In this document: piece by piece, positions 29,216 through 38,002 of the stretch
Layout of the letters: the number at the start of each line of letters is the position of its first letter
Position numbering within the stretch: position 1 is the first letter of the stretch
From: an uncultured virus (IMG/VR IMGVR_UViG_3300042937_001207)
Taxonomy: Duplodnaviria > Heunggongvirae > Uroviricota > Caudoviricetes
Virus record (IMG/VR): IMGVR_UViG_3300042937_001207
Reading direction: 5' to 3' (one strand)
Length of the DNA stretch: 60,576 nucleotides
Made by a program: the position numbers and the translations under genes
The notes under the pieces: generated by a model
Database searches by the model: none
The model's input: only the letters and a program-made list of their open reading frames with translations
Told to the model about the DNA's origin: nothing

Positions 29216-29401
29216 GCCCTGTATGCCTTGCCTCGCCTAGCCCCTTACCTTGTTGCCTTGCCTTGCCCCTTGCCTTGCCTTGTGCCTTGCCCCTTGCCTT
29301 GCCTTGTGCCTTGACTATCGCTATGGGCTACCTATCCGCCACCCATACCCGATAGAGACAGACAGACAGACAGACAGAGAGACAGAGAGACAGAGAGAGA
29401 C
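29216..29401. repeat. GCCTT(G/GT) tandem repeats followed by a GACA/GAGA microsatellite
   Basis: tgccttgtgccttgcccc runs at 29216-29312; agacagacagagagac at 29352-29401. Confidence 0.85.
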
Positions 29402-29407
29402 AATGCT

Positions 29408-29436
29408 TGACATAGTTCCACCTATGCCCTAAGGTG
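29408..29436 (+). promoter_or_regulatory. Sigma70-type promoter
   Basis: TTGACA-N17-TAAGGT, then an AACAAGGAGATA leader like that of 28963. Confidence 0.65.
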
Positions 29437-29467
29437 TAATCACAAGCAACTAACAAGGAGATACACA

Positions 29468-29710
29468 ATGAAAAGAATAATGGCAGTATTCATAGCAGTA
29501 GGATTAGGACTAGGTATCTACTCTTTCACTAGAGAGAGTGGATACACTTGCCCTAGTAGTCCAGTATTGGTATCGCAAGGCGATACGATTACGGGCTTAG
29601 TACACGCCCTATGCGAAGGCAATACACGCCGAGCCATAGACGATACCTATGAGATATATGGCAGTCTCATTATGCCTAGCCAGCAGATATACCTACCAAG
29701 TAGCAAGTAG
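29468..29710 (+). CDS. Small membrane-anchored LysM-like protein
   Basis: N-terminal TM segment; VLVSQGDTITGL...LIMPSQQIYLP LysM-like pattern. Confidence 0.65.
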   Translation: MKRIMAVFIAVGLGLGIYSFTRESGYTCPSSPVLVSQGDTITGLVHALCEGNTRRAIDDTYEIYGSLIMPSQQIYLPSSK

Positions 29711-29916
29711 CAGTAGATGGAGAGAGTGTCATAATCGGCACTCTCTCCAACTGCTAAACCTTGACGGCAGGCGTACCACCCCGAACGCCTGCCGTCGCTT
29801 GGTTGTCACTAATAAAGCGCCACACGAAGCATTAGTGAGGAGAAAGGAAATAGAAAACCTCACCAACGAGATTAGATTAGCAAAAGATTATCCCACCTAG
29901 CGAAAGTGGCTACGGG

Positions 29917-30558
29917 CTAAACAAATGACCTAGTCGAGAAGCCTTTAGCAAGTAAGCCAAATACAAGCGCACCGTAGAAGTCGTCTGACGCTATCCACAT
30001 GACCTCGTCATCTGGTTGCTCAACTGGAAGCCTTAGTGCTGTGTGGAATAGGAGTGGATACATACTCTCCTCGTTGCGCACCATCATTCTGCCTGGTACG
30101 AACACTTCCTCGTGCCACACCATCTTTCTTGGCACATCATAGGAGTATCCCTTGCTGACAAATGAGACTTCGTCATTTTGCACATGGGTGACTGTTATGC
30201 ACTCGTTTACTGCCCTATTGCCTATAGCGAACTCTTTGGCAAGGCTCTTTCCGTCTGTGTCTGCTGGACTAGAACTGACATAGCCCTCAGCGACCATTGA
30301 GATAGCATCTACGCCCCAGCCCTGTCGAAGTATGGCAACTGCGTCGGAGATGGCTGTAAAGCGCTCGTATGCCGTCTTACGCTGTACTGCGTCGGTCATC
30401 TGAGACACGACACAGAGAGATGACCCTCGCCAGCCGTATAGGACCTGATTTATGTCCTCGCCTATCCCGCTCTCTGCGACCATCTCGTTTTTGGCCTCTA
30501 CAGCGGTAGCCAGAACCATAGCCAGTTTGAGCATTCTGCTGTCGTAGTCGTTCTCCAC
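29917..30558 (-). CDS. Hypothetical protein
   Basis: 213 aa; leaderless TAGCAT-N6-GTG. Confidence 0.7.
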   Translation of the reverse strand: MENDYDSRMLKLAMVLATAVEAKNEMVAESGIGEDINQVLYGWRGSSLCVVSQMTDAVQRKTAYERFTAISDAVAILRQGWGVDAISMVAEGYVSSSPADTDGKSLAKEFAIGNRAVNECITVTHVQNDEVSFVSKGYSYDVPRKMVWHEEVFVPGRMMVRNEESMYPLLFHTALRLPVEQPDDEVMWIASDDFYGALVFGLLAKGFSTRSFV

Positions 30559-30637
30559 GACCCAATGCTAGAGCTTAAAATCCGGCACGGGTAGCACTTA
30601 CACCACAGAGCGATATCACCTGACTAGTATTTGCCCT

Positions 30638-30874
30638 ATGACACAGAAAAAGAAAGCACCAAACAAGAAGAAGCCAGCAGCTGCAAAAAAGGCTGCTCCG
30701 AAGAAGGCTGCACCAAAAAAGAAGCCAGTTCAGGAGAAGCTTGCAAGTATCCCTCAGCCAACACAACAAGACGTTAAAGAATTTCAAGTTGTGATTGAAG
30801 AGCTCAAGGATGTTCGTGAAGCAATTGCCAAGACTTCGTTCTTTGGCCGACTCACCAAGTGGTTTAGAAGCTAA
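30638..30874 (+). CDS. Small Lys/Ala/Pro-rich histone-like protein
   Basis: KKKPAAAKKAAPKKAAPKKKP; leaderless TAGTAT-N7-ATG. Confidence 0.65.
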   Translation: MTQKKKAPNKKKPAAAKKAAPKKAAPKKKPVQEKLASIPQPTQQDVKEFQVVIEELKDVREAIAKTSFFGRLTKWFRS

Positions 30875-31194
30875 TTAGCGTTAGCCATTTCGTGCGCACC
30901 TAGAAACGGTGCAACACGCAAACCAAAAGATGAGAGACGCCACTTAGTTAGTCCGACTTTGTCTATTTGTTCAAACACCCCACGGGATGTCAGCTCAGAT
31001 AGCAAGGTCGCTAACTCGTTGCCATCCTCAAACATCACAGAGTTGTGCGCCAGAACATCATCAAGAGTAAATGAACTAGCTCGACGTTGCTTGACAAGCA
31101 AACCGTAGTACACGCACATACGCATTTTCTTGTTTTCGTATATTGCTTCGGCAGCATTCATCTCGTTAATCCAGCGCGTCATATTCCCATTCAT
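30871..31194 (-). CDS. Hypothetical protein (possible winged helix)
   Basis: LSELTSRGVFEQ..KWRLSSFG. Confidence 0.5.
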   Translation of the reverse strand: MNGNMTRWINEMNAAEAIYENKKMRMCVYYGLLVKQRRASSFTLDDVLAHNSVMFEDGNELATLLSELTSRGVFEQIDKVGLTKWRLSSFGLRVAPFLGAHEMANAN

Positions 31195-31543
31195 TCTGTT
31201 TGGCTTTGTTGCGAGACTTTAGCTCGTTTGACCGCATGTTTGAAGCTTTTGCATCAATATGTTTCTTGCGATGTGTCTCTCCAAGAGCAATCAATGCATA
31301 CTTACCCCATTCGGTGATTTTGTATAAAGACACACCATTAAGAATGCGACTTTCAATAAAGTCATTCCTCTCTAATGTTTCCATAGTTCGGTCAATGTCC
31401 TTCATCCACTCACGACGGTTCAATTGAAAATTAAAATACTGCTCACGGGTGAACCATCCATCTTTCATCTTCGCATAGCAAAGAATCACATATGGCTTAC
31501 CGCCATGCTTCATGTAGTTATTTGGGTTTTTGTTTTTGTTCAT
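31166..31543 (-). CDS. Hypothetical protein (winged-helix-like)
   Basis: METLERNDFIESR...YKITEWGK. Confidence 0.6.
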   Translation of the reverse strand: MNKNKNPNNYMKHGGKPYVILCYAKMKDGWFTREQYFNFQLNRREWMKDIDRTMETLERNDFIESRILNGVSLYKITEWGKYALIALGETHRKKHIDAKASNMRSNELKSRNKAKQNEWEYDALD

Positions 31544-31545
31544 AG

Positions 31546-31622
31546 TGCCCTCGGTTGGATTTGAACCAACGTGTCACCAACTACGGTTTCTACACCTTAT
31601 AAGAGTGGGCCGATACGAGGGC
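31546..31622 (-). tRNA. Atypical tRNA-like element lacking a D-arm, anticodon TAT (Ile), long variable arm
   Basis: Perfect acceptor stem GCCCTCG/CGAGGGC plus A discriminator; T-arm GTTGG-TTCAAAT-CCAAC; anticodon loop CTTATAA; only 7 nt between the acceptor and anticodon stems. Confidence 0.6.
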
Positions 31623-31678
31623 TGAATGGACAACCACCTGTACATCGTTCCCACTAATGCCAGGTGACTACCCAATCG

Positions 31679-31912
31679 TTACTTACTTATCTTGTTCTTT
31701 GAAGTCTTTAACGACTCAAGCTCAACTGAGAACAGACCTGCAAACTCATCAGAGTAGCGATGTTGCAAAACAAGTGCGGCCCTACGGCGTGCCTCCTGTC
31801 GCAGTCGATTCTGTTCCTTTTGCAATTCAATTCGTCGTTGCTTTTCATCTGCAGGCAATGGCTTCCGGCCACGCTTGGTATTGCCTTGAACGAGCTTCTT
31901 GTATTCGCTCAT
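31679..31912 (-). CDS. Small basic hypothetical protein
   Basis: KRGRKP motif; AAAGGGA RBS. Confidence 0.6.
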   Translation of the reverse strand: MSEYKKLVQGNTKRGRKPLPADEKQRRIELQKEQNRLRQEARRRAALVLQHRYSDEFAGLFSVELESLKTSKNKISK

Positions 31913-31990
31913 CTTGTCCCTTTCGTTTCGGCATTAATTACTGAATCAATATAAATGCTCACGGGCAATAAATCAACCCCAAAAATAATG

Positions 31991-32019
31991 TTGACAAAAT
32001 AAAATCCCCCCTGTATAGT
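31991..32019 (+). promoter_or_regulatory. Strong sigma70-type promoter
   Basis: TTGACA-N17-TATAGT. Confidence 0.8.
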
Positions 32020-32061
32020 TCAGTCAACCCAATTAAATACACCTACATAAAAAGGAAGCTT

Positions 32062-32313
32062 ATGGCATCAAGGAATCACGGCAATAAGGTAGTCAAAGAG
32101 CTGTTCAGGCAGCTCTCAGCTCTTGGATTCATTATTGAACACAAGGGAAGCACTGGATATAAAATCACACCACCACCAAGCATCCATGGTCCTGTCTATT
32201 ACACCCATGGCACGCCACAGGCTGTAAAGCCAATCCTCAACCAGTTCCGCAAAATCTATGGAGTTTCACTCCATGACCCAGCGAAGCCACCAAAGAGCAA
32301 GGCTAAGCAATGA
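32062..32313 (+). CDS. Small protein, possibly HicA-like fold
   Basis: KELFRQLSALGFIIEHKGSTGYKITPP..YYTHGTP; AAGGA RBS. Confidence 0.5.
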   Translation: MASRNHGNKVVKELFRQLSALGFIIEHKGSTGYKITPPPSIHGPVYYTHGTPQAVKPILNQFRKIYGVSLHDPAKPPKSKAKQ

Positions 32314-32774
32314 GTAATGCTGACATCCCATCAAAGAAGTTCAACTTCTCAAACGATTTAGCCTACGGGCATATGGGTGAGTCTGTAATTAAAGACTTCC
32401 TCGAATCACTTGAGCAAGGAGACTTTGAAGTAAAGACCGACAGGTTTAGGAATGGGAACATGGCTGTTGAGCTATACCAGAATCCACGACGACAGCTTGA
32501 CCAAGACCAAAATCAAGTTTGGGTTGCAAGCGGACTAAACATCACCACTGCCAAATGGTGGGTGTATCAGTTCACTCTTGGTGAATCGTTCATTATCGTC
32601 TCGGTTAAACGTCTTCGCAATTTCATAAACATGAATTCTGGGGACTTCAACGAGAACACATTTACGCCATTCGCACCAAAGAGTGACAATCCGGCTATGG
32701 GCTTTGTATTGAAGCCGCATCATATCAATGACATGATGATTAACCCTAAGTACGACGAAATGCCCGGAGGCTGA
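32310..32774 (+). CDS. PD-(D/E)XK nuclease-like phage protein
   Basis: DL.YG..GE, FEVKTD..GNMAVE, SGL..T.AKWW. Confidence 0.6.
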   Translation: MSNADIPSKKFNFSNDLAYGHMGESVIKDFLESLEQGDFEVKTDRFRNGNMAVELYQNPRRQLDQDQNQVWVASGLNITTAKWWVYQFTLGESFIIVSVKRLRNFINMNSGDFNENTFTPFAPKSDNPAMGFVLKPHHINDMMINPKYDEMPGG

Positions 32775-32775
32775 T

Positions 32776-33198
32776 ATGTCGGTAACAAACACAGACCAAC
32801 ATGACAATCATGTATGCGACGAATGCCACCGGCCAATCCTCCTGTTTATGCCAGAACGCTACAAAGAGGACGGGTACAAACAAATCATTGGTGGCATGTG
32901 CTTTGACGCAAGTGGCGACTATGCAGAGTTCAATGACACATCTCAGTACTGGTTAACCAACACATGGGTTAACGGTTACATCTGCTTGTGCCATGACTGC
33001 ACTGCTCGTTTATGGTCAGTGCTACCTAGGGCTATGAGCAGGTTTGGAAAGCCGCTCCACTTTGCAATTGACCCTGATAGCGAATTGCCTTGTTGCAGGT
33101 GGGGGTGGACCTGGCGTATGGTTGACGGGGTTAGGAAGCTATTCCGCTCAGGACCAGACGGTCTTGAGTGGGAACAAGTAGAAGATGCAGGGAGTTAG
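32776..33198 (+). CDS. Hypothetical Cys-rich protein
   Basis: CDEC...LCHDC. Confidence 0.6.
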   Translation: MSVTNTDQHDNHVCDECHRPILLFMPERYKEDGYKQIIGGMCFDASGDYAEFNDTSQYWLTNTWVNGYICLCHDCTARLWSVLPRAMSRFGKPLHFAIDPDSELPCCRWGWTWRMVDGVRKLFRSGPDGLEWEQVEDAGS

Positions 33199-33412
33199 AA
33201 ATGGGCAACGTAAGCAACGAGGAAGCAGACTACGGGTACGCACAGTACCAAGATTTCAAAATGCAACAAGAGGAGCTTGGTTACTATGCCGGAGAACAAC
33301 AAGACGAAGACATTCACAATCAAGGTGAACCGCCTAAGTGACGACATCCTTACATCTATGCATTCTGATGAAGAGCTAATATTCCTACTATTGCAAAAAG
33401 GCGGAATGATGA

Positions 33413-34207
33413 GTGTCTCGGCGGTTAAGGAAAATGAATAAAGCTGTTTCGATATACAAGAACTTTATTACGGGCTCAATACCGCCCACTCCGATATCAC
33501 TTGATGTTGATTCAGAGCTTTTTACTGATTGCGATGAGAAGCTTCTTGAATATGCAGGCTCGATTGGCCAACCAATCGGTTACCAGCAAGAACAAAAAGG
33601 TTCTCTTGTTCAGAACATATTCCCAATAAAACAAACCGAGGCCATGCAAATATCAAGTAGTTCCAAAGTTGAGCTTGGTTTGCATACGGAAACAGCTTTT
33701 CATCCATACAAGCCGGACATCGTTGTTTTGCTTTGTGTTCGTGGAGACCCCACGGGCATTACGACCATCTCTGAAGCTGCAGATGTGGTTTCAAAGCTTG
33801 ATAAGCATGTAATCAATGAGCTGTGCAAGCCGAACTTCTTGACATCGTTAGACCCAAGTTTCATGCTTGAAGGAGAACAGGATGCCTCAATACCAATTAC
33901 GGTTTTAAACAATACAGATGGTCAGTGGCATCTCGTGTACGACGAAACACTCGTGACAGGCACAACAGACGAAGCTGCGCATGCTTTGGTTCATCTAAAA
34001 AAAGCTATTCGAGAGTCAGTGGTTGACTACATACTTGATACGGGTGACTTGATGCTCATCAATAACAATATGGCAGTGCATGGACGCAAGCCTTTTGTTG
34101 CCAGGTACGACGGAACCGATAGATGGTTAAAGCGAGTTCTAATAAGAACAAAAAATACACCTTCGAGTGACATCGAAGGAAATGTAATCAATACTAAGTT
34201 TTATTAA
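33413..34207 (+). CDS. TauD/clavaminate-synthase-like 2OG-Fe(II) dioxygenase
   Basis: LHTETAFH (HxE), PD.VVLLCVR, GDLMLINN..AVHGR.PF.ARYDGTDRWLKR. Confidence 0.9.
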   Translation: MSRRLRKMNKAVSIYKNFITGSIPPTPISLDVDSELFTDCDEKLLEYAGSIGQPIGYQQEQKGSLVQNIFPIKQTEAMQISSSSKVELGLHTETAFHPYKPDIVVLLCVRGDPTGITTISEAADVVSKLDKHVINELCKPNFLTSLDPSFMLEGEQDASIPITVLNNTDGQWHLVYDETLVTGTTDEAAHALVHLKKAIRESVVDYILDTGDLMLINNNMAVHGRKPFVARYDGTDRWLKRVLIRTKNTPSSDIEGNVINTKFY

Positions 34208-34548
34208 ACGGTTAATCTCTTCCCACACTTCATGCATCTCTGCATCCACGGGTAAATCTTTCTTTGTTCCATTGGATGTTGGCACTCTGTTGTTCCGGCA
34301 GCCTTATTGCATACATCTCTAACAAACTCAGCAAGAGAGATGCCCAGCTCTGCAGCAGCTGTCTTCCATCTTTCGTGGTCTTCATCTGTTGCCCTAATCA
34401 ATACCTGCTTATTCGCTGGTAGACCGGGCTTAGAGCCGGTGTTTGGCTTACGGGTTAGTTCTTCCATCTTCATCACACCATCAACGGCGGCCTGGATGTT
34501 GTCCTGAATCTCGTACTCTTCTTCGCTGGGCAGTCTGGGTTCATTCAT
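34204..34548 (-). CDS. Ribbon-helix-helix DNA-binding protein
   Basis: QVLIRATDEDHERWKTAAAELGISLAEFVRDVC; start uncertain (the ORF extends to 34731). Confidence 0.65.
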   Translation of the reverse strand: MNEPRLPSEEEYEIQDNIQAAVDGVMKMEELTRKPNTGSKPGLPANKQVLIRATDEDHERWKTAAAELGISLAEFVRDVCNKAAGTTECQHPMEQRKIYPWMQRCMKCGKRLTV

Positions 34549-34693
34549 AGATATAAAAACTACATCATGAACATGAAGTTTTGGCAGTTCTTTGTTTTTA
34601 CTCAAACCTTTGAACTTATTACCAACACTAAGAAATCCTTTGGCAATGCTTCTCTCCACTTTATCCACTTCCTTGACTACAAGAGATACGGGC

Positions 34694-35317
34694 CTATGCC
34701 TGAGTTCCGTCAGATACGGTTTCCTCAGCATCTATTATCTCTCCATCTTCTATTGCAGGTTCATCAAGTATTGAGTTAATCACATCCGATGGCAACACAC
34801 CGCTTCGGCCCATTATCTCCAAGAGCTTACGGGCTTCTGACTCAGGAGAGAATTGACTTGTAGTACTTACATCTATAACGCCAGAAAGCGTAGACCTAAC
34901 ATTAACCTGCGAATTGACATCCATTTGTATGTTGAGATTTGTTTGTTCCATGCCAAGAAGTCTTGAGCGTCTGTCCATTATCGAAAGAACCTGCTGGATT
35001 GCCTTTAGGTCTGGCTCAGCAGTTACCTGCGTTCCGTCGTCCATTTCAATCTTTCGGTGTTGAGTCATGGGCCAGATAGCGGACTGAAGAGAATCAAGTC
35101 TTTCAAGCTCCATTCTGAGAAGCTCTGGATATGCAACAAGGGCTTCTGAGTTGAGCTTTTCAAGCTGTCTTCTTATTGCAGTACCTACAGCACGACTCGT
35201 CATGCCGAACCTACGGGCTATCTCGGTATGGGTAACTCCAGCTTGTCTTAGCTTGAATATACGCAAGTCTCTTTCAGCAAGAAACTCCCTTGTCAGCCCA
35301 CCTTCGTTTTTAGACAC
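34694..35317 (-). CDS. HTH DNA-binding protein, possible terminase small subunit
   Basis: LRQAGVTHTEIARRFG HTH; ELERLD.LQ.AIW..DLKAI..VLSIMDRRSRLLG pattern of actinophage HTH/TerS-like proteins. Confidence 0.6.
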   Translation of the reverse strand: MSKNEGGLTREFLAERDLRIFKLRQAGVTHTEIARRFGMTSRAVGTAIRRQLEKLNSEALVAYPELLRMELERLDSLQSAIWPMTQHRKIEMDDGTQVTAEPDLKAIQQVLSIMDRRSRLLGMEQTNLNIQMDVNSQVNVRSTLSGVIDVSTTSQFSPESEARKLLEIMGRSGVLPSDVINSILDEPAIEDGEIIDAEETVSDGTQA

Positions 35318-37066
35318 TCATCCAGCTTTCATGTATTCAAGAACTTCAAACGGGAACATCTTCCCACGTTTCATTTTAGTAGGCCACGGGCGCTCATCGC
35401 GGCCACCCCTAAAGTGTCTCACATCGTAGACATATCCCTCCATTGATGTTGGGTCGGGCTGCAATGAGATACCAAATTCAGGCCAACGAGACCACACTGC
35501 TGAACCAAACGGCCGAAGCTCGCGGGTTGTAAGGCTTGTGCCAAGTGGGGCGTGATGCTCGAGCCACAGCGCACATCCGAACTGGTCCCTGATGTAGTCA
35601 AGAAAGCGAGCCACCTCTACGGCTACAGCTTCGCTAGTCCTATTACCAGAGTCAATGAACGACTTGTACAACGGCCCAATCACAAGCAAGTCGGGCTTTG
35701 TGCGCTCTACTGTCTCCTCAACCAAAAGCCTGTCAGAAACGCTCAGGAGGTCAATTCCGGCTGGTTTAATCAACAGATGAGCCTCTACTTGCTCAATACG
35801 CCTGCCATTCATCAGTTGCGTACGGGCTATAGCTGCATTCATAATGCTACGAGATGTGCGTCGGATAATTCGCTCTGGGTTCTCAAGGTCAATTGTCAAT
35901 GTCCTAATTGGAGGCATTGATTGGTATGTGAATGGATTGACTCCGGCCGCCGAGAGAATGGCCACCTGACGGGCAAGCATTGTCTTACCAACACCTTCGG
36001 CCGCAACTACGATTACTCGCTCTTTCCGCTCAAGCAGACCTGGTATTACCCAATCAAAGCTGTCGTTGTCTGTTTCGGAAATAAAACTTTCCCAATTAAC
36101 AAGGCGTCCAGTATCTGTTCGCTCAGTGATGGTCATTGATGTAAGAGCAATGCTTGCACGATTGAGCTTTTGGGAGTCACTCAAATTCTCTGAATCAAAG
36201 ATGTCGTTAATCTTTACAAGAATTGAATCCATCTGAGATGGTTCTTCTTCTTTTTCCTCTACGGGTGATTCCACATAGTCGGACAGGGGAATGAAATCGT
36301 CAAAAGTCTTTCCGGCAGCAAGGTGGTCGTATGTGTCTTTGCCTGAAGCCGGCAACCATACACCTCCGGTACACCCAGCTTCGTCTAGCTTTACACGAAC
36401 ATCCATAGCGAAAGACTTACCAACATCATCGTTGTCAGAAACAATTTCGACATGGGCTCCTGCAAGAGTCTTTGTAAATCCATCCTCCCATTTGTTCCTA
36501 CCTGCACCACCCGGGCCAGTTGTGGCAATAATTCCTAGCTCAATAAGCGCATCTGCATCTTTCTCACCCTCAACAACCCAAATCGGGTCATTGTTCTTCA
36601 CTCCCTCAATGACTGCGGGGAGGTTGTACAGAATCTTGCTGATTCCAGAGAGCGAGTAAAGCCAATCTCCACTTTTTTCTGGGTTGGGGCGACGCTGAAG
36701 GAAAGACTTTGTTCCGTCTTCACGCAAGAACCGTTGCTTCTCGTACGCAAGCTCTCCATCAGCATCAATGTATTTGTAAGTTTTTACAAGCCGCTGTTTT
36801 GGTTTGCTGTTCTTGTCAAATGTCGAAGATGGGGGGAATAAGTCTTTCTGCGTCAAACCAACAGCATCGCAAATCTCAGCGGCGCTACACGGTTTGCCTC
36901 TGTGGCAGTAAACAACAACCTTCCCATTGTCATCTTTTATTGACAAGGAAGGATTGTTGTCATCGTTCCTGCACGGGCACCTAGCTTGCCACTGGCCGTC
37001 TCCACCACGTACGCCCTGCAACTTGCCAAGGAAATTTGAAACTGTCGGGGATGATATGTAAGTCAT
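35318..37066 (-). CDS. DNA primase-helicase (Zn finger, TOPRIM, RepA/AAA_25 helicase)
   Basis: ARCPC..DD.NPSL..CH..C; VVEGEKDAD, DNDDVG; AAEGVGKT Walker A, IDLEN, LEHH, GSAVW. Confidence 0.9.
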   Translation of the reverse strand: MTYISSPTVSNFLGKLQGVRGGDGQWQARCPCRNDDNNPSLSIKDDNGKVVVYCHRGKPCSAAEICDAVGLTQKDLFPPSSTFDKNSKPKQRLVKTYKYIDADGELAYEKQRFLREDGTKSFLQRRPNPEKSGDWLYSLSGISKILYNLPAVIEGVKNNDPIWVVEGEKDADALIELGIIATTGPGGAGRNKWEDGFTKTLAGAHVEIVSDNDDVGKSFAMDVRVKLDEAGCTGGVWLPASGKDTYDHLAAGKTFDDFIPLSDYVESPVEEKEEEPSQMDSILVKINDIFDSENLSDSQKLNRASIALTSMTITERTDTGRLVNWESFISETDNDSFDWVIPGLLERKERVIVVAAEGVGKTMLARQVAILSAAGVNPFTYQSMPPIRTLTIDLENPERIIRRTSRSIMNAAIARTQLMNGRRIEQVEAHLLIKPAGIDLLSVSDRLLVEETVERTKPDLLVIGPLYKSFIDSGNRTSEAVAVEVARFLDYIRDQFGCALWLEHHAPLGTSLTTRELRPFGSAVWSRWPEFGISLQPDPTSMEGYVYDVRHFRGGRDERPWPTKMKRGKMFPFEVLEYMKAG

Positions 37067-37419
37067 TATGTGCTCATTAGGTTCTGGAGTCTGATTGTCT
37101 CATCGTATCGGCGTGTTTTGAAACTCATCTTCTGTCGGAGGAATTTTCGTTGGCTTTCTGTCATACCTCCCCATATTCCAAAAGGCTCCCACTCCATTGA
37201 GTAAGTAAGGCATTCCATCTGTATTGGGCATATGGCACAGATGCTTTTAGCTTTATTTATCTTCTCAATCTCTTCTTTCCCTATGGGCGAATCTGGGAAA
37301 AACCATTCTGTTGGATGAGACGTGCATGCTCCACCTTTGGGGAAATCTGGTGGACCTAAAAGGTTTAGCGATTCATGTCTGCCGTTGAACTGCTGATTCT
37401 TTTTTTCATCCAAAGTCAT
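37066..37419 (-). CDS. whiB: WhiB-family transcription factor
   Basis: GAC..WFFP..AKSICAICPIQMECL..GIWGGMTESQR. Confidence 0.93.
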   Translation of the reverse strand: MTLDEKKNQQFNGRHESLNLLGPPDFPKGGACTSHPTEWFFPDSPIGKEEIEKINKAKSICAICPIQMECLTYSMEWEPFGIWGGMTESQRKFLRQKMSFKTRRYDETIRLQNLMST

Positions 37420-37433
37420 GGACAGAAAGAGTA

Positions 37434-38000
37434 TTACTTACTGAACCTCGCGTCAAGTGCTTTCCATGATGACCAAAGAAATTTCCTGATTGAAGCTCTG
37501 GTTTTATCATCTCTGCCGTATGGAGCTGCGATTTGTTGTGTTGCTAAATCCATGGCTCGACCTGAGATGTATGCGACTTTGTAAATAGCTTCTTGCCACT
37601 CATCGCTGTTCTTGACTTTTTCCCATGCGTATGGGTCAAATTTATTATATTTATTAATCATTTCGTCATCAACATTTGCCCGAGAGCCCATTATCTCCAT
37701 GTGCCATCCGGTTGCTTTTTCAATTGCAAACAAAAGCTGTATGACCCCACGGTCTCCTTCTGTATCTTTCAGCTCTTGCACCATTCGATTGAACTTTCGT
37801 TCAGAAATCATCTGACAATAGACATCAAGCATGTTTGAGTAGTCAGTTGCTTCGGCCATAAACGGGTTATCGCTTGGGTCTTGAAATGAAGAATCTTCAA
37901 TCATCTCTTGTATTGCATCAAGATAATCAGCTTCTGCAGCTATCGGGTCAACTTCAGAATAATCTTCAAATTCTTCGTCCATTGGTTCCCAGTCTTCCAT
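37434..38000 (-). CDS. Hypothetical acidic protein
   Basis: 188 aa, translationally coupled to neighbours. Confidence 0.7.
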   Translation of the reverse strand: MEDWEPMDEEFEDYSEVDPIAAEADYLDAIQEMIEDSSFQDPSDNPFMAEATDYSNMLDVYCQMISERKFNRMVQELKDTEGDRGVIQLLFAIEKATGWHMEIMGSRANVDDEMINKYNKFDPYAWEKVKNSDEWQEAIYKVAYISGRAMDLATQQIAAPYGRDDKTRASIRKFLWSSWKALDARFSK

Positions 38001-38002
38001 TT

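Noticed and set aside
29250..29432. ORF with PCLA/LCLA and DRQT repeats
   Set aside because: It is simply the translation of the low-complexity DNA repeats.
32062..34548. HicA-like and RHH genes as a toxin-antitoxin pair
   Set aside because: They are 2 kb apart on opposite strands, and the HicA assignment itself is weak.
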